In this document: in pieces, positions 60,027-64,000 of the stretch
Layout: each line of letters opens with the position of its first letter
Position numbering within the stretch: position 1 is the first letter of the stretch
Assembly (NCBI GenBank): GCA_000092065.1
Contig: CP000594.1
Source: Ostreococcus lucimarinus
Taxonomy: Eukaryota
Length of the DNA: 64,000 bases
Direction: 5' to 3' (one strand)
Notes under the pieces: model-generated
Told to the model about the DNA's origin: nothing
The model's input: only the letters and a program-made list of their open reading frames with translations
The model's database searches: none
Position numbers and translations under genes: made by a program

Positions 60027-61205
60027 ATGCGCGCGAGCGTCGCTTCCGGCGCCGTCGCCGCCGCCGCGCGTCGCGCGTCGTTCCGGAATTCCGTCGACAA
60101 TTCAGTGGCGTCCCTGCGACGACCGAAGCGCGTCGCGACGAGCGCGCGTCGACGCCGATCGTCGACACCGCGCGCGCACCACGGACCGATGACCAATCTG
60201 CAGTTCACGCCGGACAGCGCGCTCGCGGGAGGGCTGATTTTGGGGTCGATGGTGGTGGCGAAGCGATTGAATTCGGGACGCAATTTGGGCGTGAGCGGGG
60301 ACACCAAGGCGTTCGCGCGAGGCGAGGGTCGAGCGACGAGCGCGGCGTTTTTGATCGGACTGCTCGCGGCGGGATACGCGGCACCGATGATTCTGGGCGC
60401 GCAGGCGGCGGTGCCGATGGTGGACGCGACGCGAGCCATCGCGGCGGGCGCGCTCGTCGGAGCGGGGAGCTCGCTCGGAGGCGGGTGCACGAGCGGACAC
60501 GGAATCTCTGGGATCGGACGATTGGACGTGCGAAGCGTGGCGTTCACGTGCGTGTTCATGGTCGTCGGTGCGATCACGGTCGCGGCGACGGGAACGATGG
60601 ATGAGTTACACGTGTCGCAAGCGACGAAGACGATCGACATGCTCGCGCGCTCGCCCGAGGCGAAAACGATTTTGTACGCCAAAATTTTCGCCGCCGGTGC
60701 GGCTGTCCAAGGCGTGCTCTACGCGCTCGCTAAGCGTGAGGGCGGAGGAATCACGGACGTCGTGAAGAAGCTCGAGCTCGTGAGCGAGTCCGTCGCCGGA
60801 CTGTTTTTCGGTCTCGGTCTCGTCGTGAGCGGGATGACGAATCCGGCGAAAGTCGCCGGTTTTCTCGCAGTCACCACTCAAGCTTTCGATCCGTCCTTGA
60901 TGTTCGTCATGGGCGGCGCGCTCGCCCTCGTGGTTGTTTCTATGTTCCTCGCGAAGAATGCCTTGGGCGTCTCTCGTCCGGCCATGGCGCGAGAGTTCTC
61001 GACTACTCCGAAGTACGTCGACAAGTCTGTTTTGATCGGAGGCGCGCTCTTCGGCGCTGGCTGGGGCTTGGGCGGCGTTTGCCCCGGCCCGGGCCTCGTC
61101 AATCTCGTTCTGAACTCCGGTCGCGAGATCACGCTCTGGTGCGTCGCGTACTTTGCCGCGCAAGCCGTCCAACAAAAGCTCTCCTCCCAGTACTCTCTCG
61201 AATAA
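60027..61205 (+). CDS. YeeE/YedE-family (sulfur-transport, DUF395) membrane protein with an organelle-targeting presequence
   Basis: Two YeeE/YedE repeats with the conserved Cys-containing loops (GGGCTSGHGISG and GGVCPGPG). Arg/Ser-rich N-terminus. Confidence 0.7.
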   Translation: MRASVASGAVAAAARRASFRNSVDNSVASLRRPKRVATSARRRRSSTPRAHHGPMTNLQFTPDSALAGGLILGSMVVAKRLNSGRNLGVSGDTKAFARGEGRATSAAFLIGLLAAGYAAPMILGAQAAVPMVDATRAIAAGALVGAGSSLGGGCTSGHGISGIGRLDVRSVAFTCVFMVVGAITVAATGTMDELHVSQATKTIDMLARSPEAKTILYAKIFAAGAAVQGVLYALAKREGGGITDVVKKLELVSESVAGLFFGLGLVVSGMTNPAKVAGFLAVTTQAFDPSLMFVMGGALALVVVSMFLAKNALGVSRPAMAREFSTTPKYVDKSVLIGGALFGAGWGLGGVCPGPGLVNLVLNSGREITLWCVAYFAAQAVQQKLSSQYSLE

Positions 61206-61271
61206 CCGCCGTCCCGCGGCTGCAATACCAAACTTCACAACGTACCCTCACACCCCCGCGCGCGCGGCGCC

Positions 61272-61712
61272 GTGCGATCAGCGATGCTCTCGACGCGCGC
61301 GCGAGCGGCGCCGCCCTCCTTCGCGCGCGTCTCGAGCCGCTCGCGTCGCGCTCGCGTCCCCGCGGCGTCGCCGCGCGCCGTCGAGTTCGGCGCGCGGGAC
61401 ATCGCTTCCCTTCCTCGCGTCGCCGCGTCGTTCGCATCCGCCGGAAAACTAAAGTCGCCGGCGCCCCAGCGCGCGTCTCGCGACGTCAAAGCCCGCGGCG
61501 TGCCCGTTCTCTCGTCGCTTCCGCTCGTCGGCTGGGCGTTTTCGTCCCCAGTCGTGCTCGTGGTCTACGTTTTCGTCGCGATTAGGATGTATCTCGGCTA
61601 CGACAGGACCACGTTCGGAAGCGGCGTGCCCAAGATCGCCATGTGCGGCCTGTGGCCCGTCTTGGCCGCGCTATCGGCGTCGTTTCGCGAGAATTTAAAG
61701 CGCTCTTTGTAA
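61272..61712 (+). CDS. Small hypothetical membrane protein with a transit-peptide-like N-terminus
   Basis: MRSAMLSTRARAAPPSFARVSSRSRRARVPAASPRA... followed by two hydrophobic segments (LPLVGWAFSSPVVLVVYVFVAI, IAMCGLWPVLAALSASF). No family recognised. Confidence 0.35.
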   Translation: MRSAMLSTRARAAPPSFARVSSRSRRARVPAASPRAVEFGARDIASLPRVAASFASAGKLKSPAPQRASRDVKARGVPVLSSLPLVGWAFSSPVVLVVYVFVAIRMYLGYDRTTFGSGVPKIAMCGLWPVLAALSASFRENLKRSL

Positions 61713-62029
61713 GACTTGAGGATTTGAATGCGCCCGGGACAGGCGTCAGAACGCGACGCGACGTCGCGTCGTCGCGCGCGCGTCGTCGGACCCGCGCGCG
61801 CGCTCGAAGGCGGAAAAGACTCGCGCGCGCGATCGCGCGCGCTCGAACTCGCGCGAATCGCGACGCGCGCGTCGATAGGCGCGCGTGAACGTCGACGCGC
61901 GGTGACAGTTGCGTCGAGTAAATCGCCGCGCGGCGGCGCATGCGCCCTGGCCGATCGTCGCTCAGCGGACAGAGTTTGAACGAAGAACACCGCGCGCGCG
62001 CTCACGCGCGAGGGAGGACGTCGCTCGGG

Positions 62030-63433
62030 ATGTCGGCGTCGAACAAGCGCGCGTTCGTGTTCACGTGCCTGGGCCTCGGGTTGGTGTTCGCCGATCAAAA
62101 TTTGTTAGCGCCGAATTTGACCGCCATCGCGAACGATTTGAATCTGTCGCCGAATGAGCGGGACTATAAATTAGGCGGGCAGATCGCGTTCGCGTTCTTC
62201 TTGCTCGGCGCGCCGGCGGCGGTGTTGATCGGGTCGATGGCGGATTACTATCCGCGCACGAAGCTCTTCGCGTGGACGATGCTGTTGGGATCGTGCCCCA
62301 ACGTCCTGGCGTGGATGCCGGGGGTGACGACTTTTGGTCAGTTGTATTGGTTGCGCGCGCTGACGGGAATCGCGGTAGGCGGCGCGGCGCCGTTGACGTA
62401 CTCCTTAATGTCAGACTTATTTCCGCCGAGCGAGCGGACGAAGATGAGCGCGGTGACGGGGCTATCGATGACGCTCGGGATCGTCTGCGGGCAAGCGATC
62501 GCGGGATTTTTGGGGGAGTCGTACGGCTGGCGCTTGCCGTTCGCGGTGGTGGCGATTCCGGCGATATGCGTGGCCATGGTGCTGATGTTCTTTGTCGAGG
62601 AGCCCGAGCGCGGGGCGATGGAGGCGCCGCCGGACGAGGAGGCAAGTCTCGAGCAAGAGTCGCTCGTCATCCAATCGTCCTCACGACCCTCGACACCGCC
62701 GATACCACCGCGAGGGCTGCACTTCAGCGCGACCGCGGCGAAGATGTATGCGCGAAAGTTGCACGGCATCGTCTCCGTGCGCACCGTGGCGTTGTTCTTG
62801 GCGCAAGGCGTGTCGGGTTGCGTGCCGTGGAGTATGATCAACACGTTCTTCAACGATTACTTAGCGCAAGATAAGGGGTTAGGTGTGAAGCAGAGCACGT
62901 CGATGCTGATTTTATTCGCCGTCGGCGGCATGTTAGGGACGATTTGGGCCGGGTGGTACGGCCAAATTCTTTTCAACAACAAACCGGAGAACGTATCGAT
63001 TTTCATGGGATCGAGCGCAATCGTGGGGGTGTTCCCGGTGGCTTACTTGGTGTTGGCGAATTACGACAACTCCGCGTCCGACATCGCGATCAAGTCGATC
63101 TTATCCTTTATTTCGGGAGGCATCGCTTCGTGCGTCGGCGTGAACATTCGAGCGCTGTTGCTCAACGTCCTGCATCCCATGAATCGCGGCACCGCGTTTT
63201 CCCTCTTCATGCTCACCGACGATTTAGGCAAAGGATTCGGACCTCTCGTCGTCGCCGGCTTCGTCGCCGCGTTCGGTCGCGAGACGGCCTTTTTCATCTC
63301 GGTTTTGTTCTGGATTCCTTGCGGGTGTCTTCTCGCCGCCTCGTGCTACACGCTGAAACGAGATTTACAAACCGCCGCTGCGCGTTACCAAACAGAACGC
63401 GCCGAAGAAAATCGTTCGGTTCGATTGGATTAG
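62030..63433 (+). CDS. Major-facilitator-superfamily transporter, spinster-like (paralogue 2)
   Basis: Shares blocks with the MFS at 22592..24151 (ADQNLLAPNLTAIANDLNL, LRALTGIAVGG, GWRLPF, LAQG..G.VPW...N.FF.D). The start is the ATG at 62030. Confidence 0.8.
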   Translation: MSASNKRAFVFTCLGLGLVFADQNLLAPNLTAIANDLNLSPNERDYKLGGQIAFAFFLLGAPAAVLIGSMADYYPRTKLFAWTMLLGSCPNVLAWMPGVTTFGQLYWLRALTGIAVGGAAPLTYSLMSDLFPPSERTKMSAVTGLSMTLGIVCGQAIAGFLGESYGWRLPFAVVAIPAICVAMVLMFFVEEPERGAMEAPPDEEASLEQESLVIQSSSRPSTPPIPPRGLHFSATAAKMYARKLHGIVSVRTVALFLAQGVSGCVPWSMINTFFNDYLAQDKGLGVKQSTSMLILFAVGGMLGTIWAGWYGQILFNNKPENVSIFMGSSAIVGVFPVAYLVLANYDNSASDIAIKSILSFISGGIASCVGVNIRALLLNVLHPMNRGTAFSLFMLTDDLGKGFGPLVVAGFVAAFGRETAFFISVLFWIPCGCLLAASCYTLKRDLQTAAARYQTERAEENRSVRLD

Positions 63434-63509
63434 CCCTTCTTCGCGCCCGCTGTAGATTATCCCTCATTTCAATCCGACGCGCTCGCGTCACTAATCCCCT
63501 CGCCGCGCC

Positions 63510-64000
63510 ATGGCGCCCTTCAACCTGAAAACGATCAGCGTCACCCGCGCCCACCACGGCACCTTACATCGGCTCCAACACGACTCCGAAACCTTGAGCT
63601 CGGTCGCGACTTTCGCCGTGTTCGTTCCCGGCGCGGTCGAAGACTTCAAAGACAAATTCCCCCTCTTGTTGTACCTCTCCGGATTGACGTGCACGGACGA
63701 AAATGTGGCGCAGAAAGGGTGCGCGTTCGAGCACTGCCACGCGCGGCGCGTGGCCATGGTCATGCCGGACACGTCACCGCGAGGAGACGACGCGGCGGAC
63801 GACGAGGCGTGGGATTTAGGGAAGGGGGCTGGATTTTATGTAGACGCGTCGGCGGCGCCGTGGTCTCGACACTACAAAACGTACTCGTACGTCACGAAAG
63901 AGCTGCCGAAAGTGCTGCGGGCGTGCGATTTTGCCGATGCGTTGGATCACGAGCGAGTGTCGATCTCGGGGCACTCGATGGGGGGACACGGGGCGTTGAC
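63510..64000 (+). CDS. FGH: S-formylglutathione hydrolase (esterase D), 3'-truncated by the window edge
   Basis: MAPFNLKTISV...FAVFVPGA...LLLYLSGLTCTDENV...PDTSPRG...EAWDLGKGAGFYVDA...WSRHYKTYSYVTKELP...ISGHSMGGHGAL is collinear with esterase D / FGH. There is no stop before position 64000. Confidence 0.85.
   Translation, partial: MAPFNLKTISVTRAHHGTLHRLQHDSETLSSVATFAVFVPGAVEDFKDKFPLLLYLSGLTCTDENVAQKGCAFEHCHARRVAMVMPDTSPRGDDAADDEAWDLGKGAGFYVDASAAPWSRHYKTYSYVTKELPKVLRACDFADALDHERVSISGHSMGGHGAL

Noticed and set aside
1-64000. Prokaryotic-style features such as operons, CRISPR arrays, transposons and prophage
   Set aside because: None seen. There are no direct-repeat/spacer arrays, no transposase/integrase-like ORFs and no inverted terminal repeats. 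Genes are on alternating strands with eukaryotic intron signals and transit peptides.

Overview
This 64 kb window is very GC-rich (~65%) nuclear DNA from a compact green-algal genome. I infer this from the gene content, the intron signals and the gene density, and a Mamiellophyceae (Micromonas-like) origin is only a guess. The gene content that supports it is PsaO, CSP41a, SQD2, PsbP-like, a plant-type cryptochrome and organellar ribosomal proteins with transit peptides. The intron signal is GTGCGT donors with CTGAC branch points. There is about one gene per 1.4 kb. It is not prokaryotic: I see no operons, no CRISPR array and no mobile elements.

I can support about 45 protein-coding genes and one tRNA-Ser(AGA). 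Most genes are intronless. Four genes are clearly spliced. psaO, RPA1 and RPL5 each carry an intron. RPL27a has an 11-nt first micro-exon encoding MPTR, 438 nt upstream of the main ORF. All four splice models restore the reading frame and the conserved N-termini.

Signals beyond plain annotation:
- A sulfolipid synthase (SQD2) fused to a DedA/TVP38 membrane domain.
- An NMN-deamidase-like (CinA-C) domain fused to a NadD-like adenylyltransferase.
- A plant telo-box / TTTAGGG motif inside the first introns of both cytosolic ribosomal-protein genes.
- An RPA1 carrying two CCHC zinc knuckles and a Gly/Tyr-rich tail.
- A cryptochrome with a His-rich C-terminal extension.
- Two spinster-like MFS paralogues.
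- A PDE12/CCR4-like nuclease whose catalytic domain is split by a large insert.
- Extremely tight or bidirectional gene junctions.

Many long ORFs on the opposite strand of real genes are artefacts of the GC richness (few stop codons) and I rejected them. All intron and splice coordinates were derived by hand and may be off by a base or two.
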